From an uncultured Alphaproteobacteria bacterium (GTDB lineage: Bacteria > Pseudomonadota > Alphaproteobacteria > Rs-D84), in assembly GCA_944389495.1 (NCBI GenBank), contig CALXMN010000002.1:18775-82774 (forward strand): a stretch of DNA of 64,000 nt, in the 5' to 3' direction. Made by a program: the position numbers and the translations under genes. Positions 10,810 through 20,464 of this stretch are shown here, piece by piece; the first letter of the stretch is position 1, and every line of letters begins with the position of its first letter. The notes below the pieces were generated by a model. The model did no database searches. It was not told the DNA's origin and saw nothing but the letters and a program-made list of their open reading frames with translations.

Positions 10810-10835
10810 AAAAACCGGCGTTTGCCGGTTTTTTT
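10810..10835. terminator. Rho-independent bidirectional terminator between the hypothetical gene and serS
   Basis: AAAACCGGCGTTTGCCGGTTTTTTT: a GC stem (CCGGC/GCCGG) flanked by an A-tract and a T-tract. Confidence 0.8.
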
Positions 10836-10836
10836 A

Positions 10837-12117
10837 TTAGTGTTTGCCACCAATTTTTGTACGTCCACCCATAAGTGGTTGTAATTTTTTTGGTATATTA
10901 ACACTGCCGTCTGGGTTTTGGTGATTTTCAAGAATTGGTACCAATACGCGTGGTACGGCAATGCCTGTGTTGTTTAATGTTGCACAAAATTTAACTTCGT
11001 TCGTTTTGTTTTCGCGATAACGGGTGTTTGTACGTCGGGCCTGGAATGTGCCGATGGACGAACAACTGCCCAGTTCTTTGTATGCGCCTTCGGATGGAAC
11101 CCAGGCCTCGACATCATTCATTTTTACCTTGTTAAATCCCATATCGCCCGTTGAATTTGCAATTACGCGGTATGGCAATTCAAAATCTTCCACCGTTTCG
11201 CACAGGTTGTTTAAAATATGTTCGTGCATTTCATCCGATTGTTCGGGGGTGCAGAATATATATTGTTCAACCTTGTTAAATTGGTGAAAGCGTGCCAGAC
11301 CACGTGTGTCACGACCGGCGGCGCCGGCCTCTTTACGGAAACAGGGGGAAAAGCCCGCGTATTTAATCGGTAAATCGTTTTCTGATAAAATTTCGCCACT
11401 GTGCAGAGAGTTTAATATTATTTCCGCCGTTCCGGCCAGACATCTGTCTGTGCCAGTCAGCATAAATACATCATTATTCATAATGGACAGGTCGGCACCC
11501 ATAAAATGTCCCGCGTCAAATATGGTTTGGGGTTTGGTAATAGATGGACATTCAATGAATTTAAATCCCTTGGCAATTAATTTTTGAATAACGTATGTTT
11601 CAATGGCCAGTTGTAATTCCGCCGCTTCGCCAATCAGACAATATGTGCGTGTGCCACAAATTTGTGCGATTTTTTCAGGTGCCCACCATCCGTTTAAATC
11701 CAACAAATCCCATTGGGCACGCGGTGTAAAATCAAATTCACGTGGTGTGCCAATGCGGCGTACCTCTATATTTGCGCTGTCATCCGGTCCGATTGGGGCG
11801 GACGCATCTGGAATTTGTGGAACGCGGTGCAACAGGTCGTTTAATTTTGCTTCCTTGTCCGCCAGTTCGGCCATATCAGCCGCGATTTCATCACCAATTT
11901 GTTTTGAACGTGCAATTAATGGTGCTTTGTCTGCAGCGGTTGGAATTTCACGAGTAATTTTATTTTTTTCCGCGGTCTTATTTTGTGTAATTGTTTTCAG
12001 TTCGCGTACACGTGCGTCCAATGTTAATATTTCGTCAACGTGATCTTCAAATCCTTTGACCCGACAGGCATTTTTTACAATGTCTGGGTTTTCACGAATA
12101 AATCTGATGTCTAGCAT
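10837..12117 (-). CDS. serS: Seryl-tRNA synthetase
   Basis: N-terminal coiled-coil arm (MLDIRFIREN...) and class II motifs in the catalytic core (FRKEAGAAGRDTRGL; GFNKVEQ). 426 aa. Confidence 0.95.
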   Translation of the reverse strand: MLDIRFIRENPDIVKNACRVKGFEDHVDEILTLDARVRELKTITQNKTAEKNKITREIPTAADKAPLIARSKQIGDEIAADMAELADKEAKLNDLLHRVPQIPDASAPIGPDDSANIEVRRIGTPREFDFTPRAQWDLLDLNGWWAPEKIAQICGTRTYCLIGEAAELQLAIETYVIQKLIAKGFKFIECPSITKPQTIFDAGHFMGADLSIMNNDVFMLTGTDRCLAGTAEIILNSLHSGEILSENDLPIKYAGFSPCFRKEAGAAGRDTRGLARFHQFNKVEQYIFCTPEQSDEMHEHILNNLCETVEDFELPYRVIANSTGDMGFNKVKMNDVEAWVPSEGAYKELGSCSSIGTFQARRTNTRYRENKTNEVKFCATLNNTGIAVPRVLVPILENHQNPDGSVNIPKKLQPLMGGRTKIGGKH

Positions 12118-12379
12118 AGTGATATTTCCTTGGTGAAATTAAGTATAAAATTGTTTGTATTAATTGTTATTTTATATGTATTGTAATTAAAACCGCACCC
12201 CAAATGGGGATGATGACAAAGTATATAAAGATAAAAACATAAATTTCATACCTTCTGAATTTTATTGCCATATTGCAAAAAAATCAATAGTTTTTATGGG
12301 GGGCTTGAATTTATTTGCGCATTTGTGGCGATTATGTTATGCTGGCGACGAAATAATTCATAGAACAGGAGTTTGAAAA

Positions 12380-13285
12380 ATGAATGAAGTCATTATGTAT
12401 GACGTTTTGATTTTGGGGTCTGGACCGGCGGGATTAACCGCGGCGTTGTATTGTGCGCGTGGCGGTAAAAAAACGCTGGTGCTGGGGGGGGATACTTTGG
12501 GTGGCCAGACGGCTGGGATTGCCGTGTTGGAAAATTATCCCGGTTGGGCCGGCAGTGGATTGGAATTGTCCGAGTTTATGAAAAAACAGGCCGAAAGTTT
12601 CGGGGCAGAAATAAAATTTGTTTCTGCAAAAAGTATTGCCGGTGATGCAGAAACAGGATTTAATATTTTGTGTGATGATGATAATCGATATGTTGGAAAA
12701 ACGGTTATTATCGCAACCGGTGCATCCCCACGTAAACTTGAGATAGAGGGGGCGCGTGAATTATTTGGCAAAGGCGTATCATACTGTGCAACCTGTGACG
12801 GGTTCTTTTATTCTGAAAAAGATGTAATTGTTATGGGTGGTGGAAATTCGGCATTAAATGATGCGCTGTATTTGGCGGATATTGCAAAAACTGTGAAAAT
12901 TGTTTATCGCAAAAGTGCCTTTACCCGGGCAGAGGTTGTTTTGCGAAATCGCATCGCAGAACGTGAAAACATAGAATGTTTATTTAATACAGATTTGAAA
13001 AAAATTGCCAAAACAGATAACGACCGTTTGGTTGTAACCACCACAGAAAACCAAGAAATTATTTGTGATGGTCTGTTCGTCGCCATCGGGCACGAGGCCA
13101 ACACCGATTATCTGTCCGAAGATGTTGTACGTGATAATATGGGGCGTCTTGCACCCGCCGCATTACCGCGCGGAATGTTTGTTGCCGGCGATGTTGAATC
13201 TGATATAAAAATGCAAATTGCAACGGCCGTCGGAACCGGATGTACGGCGGCAATGGACGCCATCGCATACCTAAATCAATTATAA
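12380..13285 (+). CDS. trxB: Thioredoxin-disulfide reductase
   Basis: FAD-binding motif GSGPAG, the redox-active CATCDG, and NAD(P)-binding GGGNSA. 301 aa. Confidence 0.9.
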   Translation: MNEVIMYDVLILGSGPAGLTAALYCARGGKKTLVLGGDTLGGQTAGIAVLENYPGWAGSGLELSEFMKKQAESFGAEIKFVSAKSIAGDAETGFNILCDDDNRYVGKTVIIATGASPRKLEIEGARELFGKGVSYCATCDGFFYSEKDVIVMGGGNSALNDALYLADIAKTVKIVYRKSAFTRAEVVLRNRIAERENIECLFNTDLKKIAKTDNDRLVVTTTENQEIICDGLFVAIGHEANTDYLSEDVVRDNMGRLAPAALPRGMFVAGDVESDIKMQIATAVGTGCTAAMDAIAYLNQL

Positions 13286-13287
13286 TT

Positions 13288-13535
13288 GCACATCTGCTTG
13301 TGGTTGGCTTTGGTCACGTAACTTCTTGTACGTTCCCGTTGCCAACCACGTGCGCATCTGCACAATTCTAATTGATTTATGATTCGGGTGTGGCACATCT
13401 GCTTGTGGTTGGCTTTGGTCACGTAACTTCTTGTACGTTCCCGTTGCCAACCACGTGCGCATCTGCACAATTCTAATTGATTTATGATTCGGGTGTGGCA
13501 CATCTGTTTGTGGTTGGCTTTGGTCACGTAACTCA
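13288..13535. repeat. Tandem direct repeat of a 105-bp unit, about 2.3 copies, each carrying the 9-bp inverted repeat GTGGTTGGC / GCCAACCAC
   Basis: Unit starts at 13288, 13393 and 13498 (GCACATCTGC...). Copies 1 and 2 are identical and copy 3 differs by one base (CTGTTTG) and is truncated. The unit is intergenic between trxB and the J-domain gene. Confidence 0.9.
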
Positions 13536-13554
13536 ATCACGGCTAAAAATAAAA

Positions 13555-13586
13555 AACGGGATTTTTCCCGTTTTTTATTTTTTCCC
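13555..13586. terminator. Rho-independent bidirectional terminator
   Basis: AAAAAACGGGATTTTTCCCGTTTTTT lies directly after the stop of the minus-strand J-domain gene and downstream of the repeat array. Confidence 0.75.
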
Positions 13587-14084
13587 AAAATGTGTTTTTA
13601 ATACATTATATGCGTCTGTAATTTTGGTAAATTGTTTTGTGGCCGCATCTTTATCACCGGTTGCGGTATCGGGATGGTGACGCTTGGCCAAGGTTCTATA
13701 TCGGGTCGATACTTCACGCCACGTGGCGGTAATTGGTAAATCCAGTGTTTTAAATGCCGTGCTGATACGTGGGGTGGGGGCGGTGCGTCGTGGTGGTGTT
13801 TTATCGAATGTGGTGCGGCCCGTAATGAAATCATTTAAAAATTTTATATAATCTTGTTGGTCTGATTCAACCTGGGTTTTATCACGCAGGGGGGCACCAA
13901 ATGTTTGGCGTTCCCAATCTTCTTCTATTTCATCGGGTGTCATACCGGCATAGTAATTCCAATTCTTGTTATATTCGGCCGCGTGTTCACGACAAAACCA
14001 CCAATATTCACGTAAATCGCGTGTTTTTGGTGCACGGCAGGTGCCGGCCTTGGTACAGCCGGGATGATCGCATTTTTTTATCAT
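13575..14084 (-). CDS. J-domain (DnaJ-like) protein with an N-terminal Cys-rich zinc-ribbon-like segment
   Basis: The C-terminal YRTLAKRHHPDTATGDKDAATKQFTKITDAYNVLK is a J domain with the HPD motif. The N-terminus reads CDHPGCTKAGTCRAP...FCREH. Its ATGA start overlaps xerD. Confidence 0.7.
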   Translation of the reverse strand: MIKKCDHPGCTKAGTCRAPKTRDLREYWWFCREHAAEYNKNWNYYAGMTPDEIEEDWERQTFGAPLRDKTQVESDQQDYIKFLNDFITGRTTFDKTPPRRTAPTPRISTAFKTLDLPITATWREVSTRYRTLAKRHHPDTATGDKDAATKQFTKITDAYNVLKTHFGKK

Positions 14085-14947
14085 TTCTTGGTTCCCCCGA
14101 TGTGTGCCAAAGGATGGTGTTCTGTTACGGTTTCGCGTAATTTTTCCGGCAGAACGTGTGTATAAATCTGGGTGGTGGAAATATCTTCGTGACCCAGCAT
14201 TGTTTGTATTGCCCGCAGATTGGCACCCCCCGCCAACAAGTGCGATGCAAATGAATGGCGCAGTACGTGTGGACTGACCCTGGTGGGGTCAATGCCGGCC
14301 AATACGGCACATTTTTTTAATATTTTGAAAAATCCATCACGGGTTATATGACCCGTTTTCCCAGGACCCGGAAAAACATATTTTGATTTGTCGTCACCGC
14401 GCAAAGACATCCATTTTTCTAATGCCCGTTGTGCGCGTTCGTGCATAGGAACTATGCGTTCTTTGGCCCCTTTGCCGTGAATTAACAGTTTATTACCAAG
14501 AATGGCCGTAATTGGTAATTCACACAGTTCTGATACGCGCAGGCCCGATGCATATACCAATTCCAGCATCGCCCGCAGGCGTGTTGCGTTGCGTACGTCG
14601 CCCGCAGATGATATTAATAATTCTATTTCTTTGACCGATAAAAATTTAGGCAGTGTACGCGCGCGTTTGGGTAATTCCAGATTTGCGGTTGGGTTTTCTG
14701 AAATAATTTTTTCCAGCATTAAAAATTTGTAAAATCCGCGCAGTGCACTGGCGTGGCGGGCAATTGATGATGCCGCGTCCGGTAATTTCGATAAATAATC
14801 TTGAATGTCGGCGGATGTCGCACCCATTAATCCGTTTGGAATATGGGCGTCTGCCTGGCGCAGGTCACAGGAATAACTTTCCAGTGTTTTTTTACTGCGT
14901 CCACGTTCCGCGGCAAGGGCCTCTAAAAACACATCTATGTAATTCAT
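14081..14947 (-). CDS. xerD: Tyrosine site-specific recombinase XerD
   Basis: The N-terminus MNYIDVFLEALAAERGRS matches the XerD N-terminus and the C-terminal catalytic HVLRHSFASHLL...LGHEDISTTQIYTHV carries the R-H-R-Y residues. The track ORF extends to 15031, and the likely start is the internal Met at 14947. Confidence 0.85.
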   Translation of the reverse strand: MNYIDVFLEALAAERGRSKKTLESYSCDLRQADAHIPNGLMGATSADIQDYLSKLPDAASSIARHASALRGFYKFLMLEKIISENPTANLELPKRARTLPKFLSVKEIELLISSAGDVRNATRLRAMLELVYASGLRVSELCELPITAILGNKLLIHGKGAKERIVPMHERAQRALEKWMSLRGDDKSKYVFPGPGKTGHITRDGFFKILKKCAVLAGIDPTRVSPHVLRHSFASHLLAGGANLRAIQTMLGHEDISTTQIYTHVLPEKLRETVTEHHPLAHIGGTKK

Positions 14948-15093
14948 TGATACAGAACGATTTCGGTTACATTCTGGGTTGCCGGAAATGATATAATCAT
15001 TAATATCACCAGTACCGCAATCAGTGTCCATATAATAATCTTGTTTCGTTTAGTGTTCTTTTTGCGTAATGGCATTATGTTTTCCTTGTTTTT

Positions 15094-16155
15094 TTATATT
15101 GTGTCAAAACTGGTTATAAATACGCCGGCACCGGCAATGATTATTAATGATGGGGCAACAATTGCCAATAAAGGTGGGACAAGACCCGTAGACCCCAGGG
15201 CATTGAACATATTTACAAGAAAATATACCGCAAAGCACGTTAATATCCCGATGCCGAATTTTATGCCAAAACTGTAATTACGGCGTTGGCGTGTCTGGGA
15301 AAATGCAACGCCCAATGTTGCCATTGCCACCATAGTTAATGGTAAAAACAGCAGGGTCCAAAACTGAACCAAATGACCACGCACAGGAACACCGATTTGC
15401 TGCATCTTTTTAATAAATTCTGGCAAATCCCAGAATGAAATCTGGTCTGGTTGCAGATAACGATCCAAAACCGTTTGTGGGGTCAGCAATGTTTTCATAT
15501 GCCAATCGGTTTGTTTTGGCGTGCCTTTGTCGTTCCAGGTCGTGGCGTTTGTTGCCGCCAGGCCCGCATCCGATAAGGTCAGGGTTTCGGCCTGGATCCG
15601 TTGGGTCAATTTAAATTGCGGGTTTTGTATATATACGGTTGCATTATCAAATAATAATATATTACCCGATTTATGCATATTTTTTGCGTTCATTGTTATA
15701 TAGCCGTTTTCCGATGATTCGCGCAGCCATATTTCGTCATCTATTAACACAAGATGATCCGGGGTTATGTCTTGGGAATTTAATTTTACAGAATAGGGAT
15801 TTAAAATGGTTGTTGCAAGTATACCAATTAATGCCGCGCCAAATAAAAATGGACGCGCCATTTGATATGGGGAAAGGCCCGCACTGGCCACAATGATACT
15901 CTCGCTGGATTTGGTAAGGTTATATGATGCGAGTAATGTTCCCATAAACACGGCCAGCGGTAAAAACATTGGTACATATTCCAATAATCGACGCCACGCA
16001 TCCAAAAATGCAGCCATTGCCGTCGGATTAGACGGCAGACGTTCCACAAATGTTACCGCCATAATAATTCCACAAACAACCAACATAACCAACCCAACGC
16101 CGGAAAAAAATCGGCGCAGCAGGAATCTGTTCAAAATTCGCGGTCTGAATCGCAT
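15094..16155 (-). CDS. LptF/LptG-family LPS export permease (YjgP/YjgQ)
   Basis: 353 aa with an N-terminal TM bundle, a large periplasmic beta-jellyroll-like insert and C-terminal TMs, which is the LptF/G architecture. Confidence 0.7.
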   Translation of the reverse strand: MRFRPRILNRFLLRRFFSGVGLVMLVVCGIIMAVTFVERLPSNPTAMAAFLDAWRRLLEYVPMFLPLAVFMGTLLASYNLTKSSESIIVASAGLSPYQMARPFLFGAALIGILATTILNPYSVKLNSQDITPDHLVLIDDEIWLRESSENGYITMNAKNMHKSGNILLFDNATVYIQNPQFKLTQRIQAETLTLSDAGLAATNATTWNDKGTPKQTDWHMKTLLTPQTVLDRYLQPDQISFWDLPEFIKKMQQIGVPVRGHLVQFWTLLFLPLTMVAMATLGVAFSQTRQRRNYSFGIKFGIGILTCFAVYFLVNMFNALGSTGLVPPLLAIVAPSLIIIAGAGVFITSFDTI

Positions 16156-16252
16156 AGTTTTAAGTCAATCAAAAAAGTATACCCCGTTCATTTGACAATT
16201 GCAAAATTAAAATTAATGCTTATAATTTCAACAAAAAATACAGGATTGGAAA

Positions 16253-16723
16253 ATGGAAAAAAAACCGATTTCACGGGCGGGTTTTGATGGCCTGTTAAAG
16301 GAATTAAAAGATTTAAAAGAAGTTCAACGGCCAGAAATTTTGAAAACCGTTCAATGGGCGCGTTCATTGGGTGATTTATCTGAAAATGCGGATTACAGTG
16401 CCGCCAAGGAAAAACAACGTCAGATTGATAAACGTATTCAATTTATTGAAGATTTTATCAATAATGCCGATGTAATTGATGTTGACAGTTTAAGCGGTGA
16501 CCGGGTCGTGTTTGGCGCACGTGTCGTTGCCGAGGATGAAGACGGTAATCGTATGCAGTGTCGTATATTGTCGGATATTGAATCCGATGGCAAACAGGTT
16601 ATATCTTGTACCTCACCCGTTGGACGGGCATTAATTGGGCGCTGTGTCGGTGATACGTGTATTGTAAAATTGCCAAGTGGCGAAAAAGAGTATGAAATTC
16701 TGGAAGTAAAATTTAAAGAATAG
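16253..16723 (+). CDS. greA: Transcription elongation factor GreA
   Basis: 156 aa with the GreA N-terminal coiled coil (SLGDLSENADY) and an FKBP-like C-domain. Confidence 0.95.
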   Translation: MEKKPISRAGFDGLLKELKDLKEVQRPEILKTVQWARSLGDLSENADYSAAKEKQRQIDKRIQFIEDFINNADVIDVDSLSGDRVVFGARVVAEDEDGNRMQCRILSDIESDGKQVISCTSPVGRALIGRCVGDTCIVKLPSGEKEYEILEVKFKE

Positions 16724-16735
16724 GTTTTATTTGTA

Positions 16736-18490
16736 ATGCCGATTCGTGTTTTGCCGGATTTCTTGATAAATCAAATTGCCGCCGGCGAGGTTGTCGAACG
16801 CCCCGCCAGTGTTGTCAAGGAATTGGTTGAAAATGCGCTGGATGCGGGGGCCGATCAAATAGTTGTTGATGTTGTCGATGGCGGACGTACGATGATTTCT
16901 GTCATAGATAACGGATGTGGAATGTCGCGTGAAGATTTGGCGCGCAGTGTTACACGTCACGCGACGTCTAAATTACCGTCGGATGATTTGTTAAATATAA
17001 ATTTTATGGGCTTTCGTGGCGAGGCTTTGCCATCCATTGCGTCTGTGTCCGATATGACAATCGATACATTTAATGGAACGGATGAAAATGGTTGGGCGTT
17101 GGATTGTGCAACCGGTGAAATTCGGCCGTCTGATTGGGATTCAGGCACGCGAATTCGGGCGAAAAATTTGTTCGCAAAAACACCTGCGCGTTTAAAATTT
17201 TTACGTGCCGATCGGGCCGAGATGATGTCTGTGTTGGATGTTGTTAAACGTTTGGCGATGGCGCGGACAGATGTTGGATTTGTGTTGAATAACCGGTGGC
17301 GTTTCCCAAAGGGACAGAATATGGATGCACGCATTACGGCCGTTATGGGCGATGATGTGCGTGGCCGAATGTTGTCGGTTGATGCGGTGTCGGGATCGAA
17401 TTCATCAATGCGGTTGCGTGGTTTTATTTCGGAACCAACATTGCGACGTGCTTCATCAGTTGATCAGTATTTATTTGTAAATGGTCGACCCGTTCGGGAC
17501 AAAGTTTTGGTCGGTGCCCTGCGGGCCGCATATATGGATGTTATGCACGCACGTGAATTTCCATTATGTGCATTGTATCTGGAATTGGATCCGCGCTGTG
17601 TTGATGTAAATGTGTCACCTGCCAAGACCGATGTTCATTTTTTAGAGCCCGGTCACGTGCGTGCGTTTATTATAAAAGCCTTGCGCGATGTGTTGGCGCA
17701 TACATTAAAAGATCGGGTGGCGTTGTCGGTTGAAAAAAATGATGATGTTGGGGTGCAGGTTGATGCGCCACAAAGAATGAATTTTAATGTGCCAGAATTT
17801 CGTGTATGTGCACCACACCGTGGTCCAGACGCCGCATTTATGTTTTATTCTGGGCCAAATGTTGGGGCCAAAAAAGATGTTGAAATTTCGCCGCGGGAAT
17901 CATCCGTGTCACCCGTGGAAGAGGTCAGACCGCTGGGGCGGGTAATAGGGCAAATTGGCAATAAGTATATTTTGGCACAAAGTGGTGAAAATCTGGTTAT
18001 TGTTGACCAGCACGCCGCGCACGAGCGTATAACGTATGAACGATTAAGAAAACACAATGTCAAGGTTCAGCCACTGTTGACACCAATTGTTGTGCATTTG
18101 CGTGATGAAGATGTGGCCGCGGTGTTGTCTGTTTCGGATGAAATGCGTGCGTCGGGACTGGTCATTGATGCGTTCGGTGATGACGCAATCGCAATTTTTG
18201 AAAAGCCTGCAGATTGGGATTTAAATTGGATCGAATTATTTCACGCAATTGCAGACGAGGTGCGTGATTGTGGCGCATCGGCCCAGTTTTCACAGCGGTT
18301 GCATTTGAAATTGGCAAATTATGCCTGTCATCATAGCGTGCGGGCGGGGCAAAAATTGGATATGGTCCAGATGGATGCGCTGTTACGCGATATTGAAAAT
18401 ACAACGCGTGGGGGTGAATGTAATCACGGGCGGCCGGTCTATAAATTTATTCCTTTGGCCGAGGTTGATGGTTGGTTTGAACGTATATAA
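16736..18490 (+). CDS. mutL: DNA mismatch repair protein MutL
   Basis: GHKL ATPase motifs are present (IAAGEVVERPASVVKELVENALDAG; DNGCGM) and the C-terminal dimerisation domain is in place. 584 aa. Confidence 0.95.
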   Translation: MPIRVLPDFLINQIAAGEVVERPASVVKELVENALDAGADQIVVDVVDGGRTMISVIDNGCGMSREDLARSVTRHATSKLPSDDLLNINFMGFRGEALPSIASVSDMTIDTFNGTDENGWALDCATGEIRPSDWDSGTRIRAKNLFAKTPARLKFLRADRAEMMSVLDVVKRLAMARTDVGFVLNNRWRFPKGQNMDARITAVMGDDVRGRMLSVDAVSGSNSSMRLRGFISEPTLRRASSVDQYLFVNGRPVRDKVLVGALRAAYMDVMHAREFPLCALYLELDPRCVDVNVSPAKTDVHFLEPGHVRAFIIKALRDVLAHTLKDRVALSVEKNDDVGVQVDAPQRMNFNVPEFRVCAPHRGPDAAFMFYSGPNVGAKKDVEISPRESSVSPVEEVRPLGRVIGQIGNKYILAQSGENLVIVDQHAAHERITYERLRKHNVKVQPLLTPIVVHLRDEDVAAVLSVSDEMRASGLVIDAFGDDAIAIFEKPADWDLNWIELFHAIADEVRDCGASAQFSQRLHLKLANYACHHSVRAGQKLDMVQMDALLRDIENTTRGGECNHGRPVYKFIPLAEVDGWFERI

Positions 18491-18569
18491 ATATAACTAT
18501 TTTTCTTTACATAACCGGCTTTTTTTACTATTCTGAAGCCATAATAATTAAAATAATAAGGAGAAAATT

Positions 18570-18887
18570 ATGAATGATACAGCCGTGGTCGTAGATACAG
18601 TATCTCAAACGGCGCCCGCCGCCGCAACGCAAACGGTCGATATGTGGGGGTTATTGCTGTACTGTGTGATTATTTTCGCAATAATATACTTTTTTATGGT
18701 GCGACCAAATAAAAAACGTATGGCCGAATATCAAAAAATGCTGGATTCGATCCAGGTCGGTAATCGGGTGTTGGCGGCCGGTATTTATGGCACAGTTAAA
18801 AAAATAAATGAAAAAACAATCGAAATGGAAATCGCAAAGGGCGTCGTTATAGAAGTTAATAAGGGCGCAATTGCAAATGTTGAGTAA
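18570..18887 (+). CDS. yajC: Preprotein translocase subunit YajC
   Basis: Single TM plus a MVRPNKKRMAEYQKML...GIYGTV core. It lies immediately upstream of secD and secF. Confidence 0.85.
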   Translation: MNDTAVVVDTVSQTAPAAATQTVDMWGLLLYCVIIFAIIYFFMVRPNKKRMAEYQKMLDSIQVGNRVLAAGIYGTVKKINEKTIEMEIAKGVVIEVNKGAIANVE

Positions 18888-18899
18888 AAGGGTATTGGT

Positions 18900-20459
18900 A
18901 TGTTTAAGAAACTGGCAATAATTTTTGTCGCGGTATTTGGCGTATTGCTGGCGGTGCCAACAATGGCACCAAGTTTGGCACCTTATTTTCCATCGTGGAT
19001 CCAGCCGATTCCGTTGGGACTGGATTTAAAGGGTGGGGCGCAATTGTTGTTAGAGGTTGATACCAATACAATGATGCAGGAAAAGGCCACCCAATTATAT
19101 GAAGAGGCACGTGCCGCCTTGATTGATCGTGACAAGGGGGTCATACGTTTTTCCAATATGCGTAATATTGATGGTGTCGTTTCTTTTGTTGTGCGCGAAG
19201 AAGATGATGTGTCGCGTGCACGTGGCAGATTACGCAGTGAATTTGGTGAAAGCGTTGATATTTCTGTGGATGGTCGAAATATTTCTTTGTCTTATTCCCA
19301 GGCTGCGCGTGACGAAATGGTCCAAGATGCTTTGTCGCGCAGCATAGAGATTGTTCGTCGTCGTATTGATGCATTGGGAACCAAAGAGCCGTCTATTCAA
19401 AGCCAGGGCGGAAAATACATATTGGTGCAATTGCCGGGGGTCGATAATCCAGAACGAATTAAAGAGTTGATTGGACAAACCGCGCGTATGACGTTTCATT
19501 TGGTAAATGAAGATGTTACCGCAGAGCAATTGGCGTCTGGACACGCGCCCAAGGGAACGGAATTTTTGCCGTATATGGATGATCCAAATCAGTTGATTCC
19601 CGTTTATAGTCACGTAGAGGTATCCGGTGAATCATTGAAAGATTCCCAGGCGGATTTTGATCAAAATAATATGCCAGTTGTTACAACTGTGTTTGATGCC
19701 GCCGGTTCGCGCAAGTTTGCACGCCTGACCACAGAGCACGTAAATGAACGTTTTGCAATTGTGTTGGATGATATGGTTTTGTCAGCGCCAACGATTCGTG
19801 AACCAATTCCCGGCGGACGTGGTCAAATCTCGGGCGGGTTTACCCTGCAGGGGGCCAAAGATTTGGCCGTGTTGTTGCGCAGCGGGGCTTTGCCGGCACC
19901 ATTACAGGTTGTCGAAGAGCGTACCGTTGGGGCGGGATTGGGGGCGGATACAATTGCCGCCGGAAAAATCGCGTCTTTGGTGGGCGTTATCTTTATTATG
20001 ATATTTATGATTGTTTGTTATCGCGTCTTTGGTGTTATCGCAAGTTTTGTTTTGGTAATCAATTTGGCGATGATTATTGGCATAACTGCTTTGTTGGGCG
20101 GGGTTTTAACTTTGCCGGGGATTGCGGGTATTGTGTTGACGCTGGGGATGGCGGTGGACGCAAATATTTTACCATTTGAACGAATACGTGATGAAATCCG
20201 TGCCGGATCAACGCCTTTGCGCGCAGTCGAGGCCGGGTTCCATCGGTCTATGAAGGCGGTGCTGGATGGAAATTTAACAAATTTGATTTGTTCGTTGGTG
20301 TTGTTCCAGTTTGGTGCCGGACCGATTCGTGGATTTGCGGTAACGCTGTCGGTGGGTGTGTTAACAACATTGTTTACGTGTGTGTCGCTGTCCAAGGTTA
20401 TTATCGATTGGTATATGAATGGTAAAAACAAAAAAATTGGTTATGTAAAGTCAAAATAA
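18900..20459 (+). CDS. secD: Protein translocase subunit SecD
   Basis: 519 aa with a large periplasmic domain and six C-terminal TMs. The gene order yajC-secD-secF is conserved. Confidence 0.95.
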   Translation: MFKKLAIIFVAVFGVLLAVPTMAPSLAPYFPSWIQPIPLGLDLKGGAQLLLEVDTNTMMQEKATQLYEEARAALIDRDKGVIRFSNMRNIDGVVSFVVREEDDVSRARGRLRSEFGESVDISVDGRNISLSYSQAARDEMVQDALSRSIEIVRRRIDALGTKEPSIQSQGGKYILVQLPGVDNPERIKELIGQTARMTFHLVNEDVTAEQLASGHAPKGTEFLPYMDDPNQLIPVYSHVEVSGESLKDSQADFDQNNMPVVTTVFDAAGSRKFARLTTEHVNERFAIVLDDMVLSAPTIREPIPGGRGQISGGFTLQGAKDLAVLLRSGALPAPLQVVEERTVGAGLGADTIAAGKIASLVGVIFIMIFMIVCYRVFGVIASFVLVINLAMIIGITALLGGVLTLPGIAGIVLTLGMAVDANILPFERIRDEIRAGSTPLRAVEAGFHRSMKAVLDGNLTNLICSLVLFQFGAGPIRGFAVTLSVGVLTTLFTCVSLSKVIIDWYMNGKNKKIGYVKSK

Positions 20460-20464
20460 GGGTT

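Noticed and set aside
13276-13588. Two overlapping minus-strand ORFs (86 and 102 aa) that encode internally repeated peptides
   Set aside because: They lie entirely inside the 105-bp tandem DNA repeat. The repeated amino-acid sequence is a by-product of translating repeated DNA, and there is no start context or conservation signal.
16156-16252. Possible sigma70 promoter for greA (TTGACA at 16182 and TATAAT at 16211)
   Set aside because: The spacer between the two hexamers is 23 nt, which is too long for a functional sigma70 promoter. It is not called as a feature.
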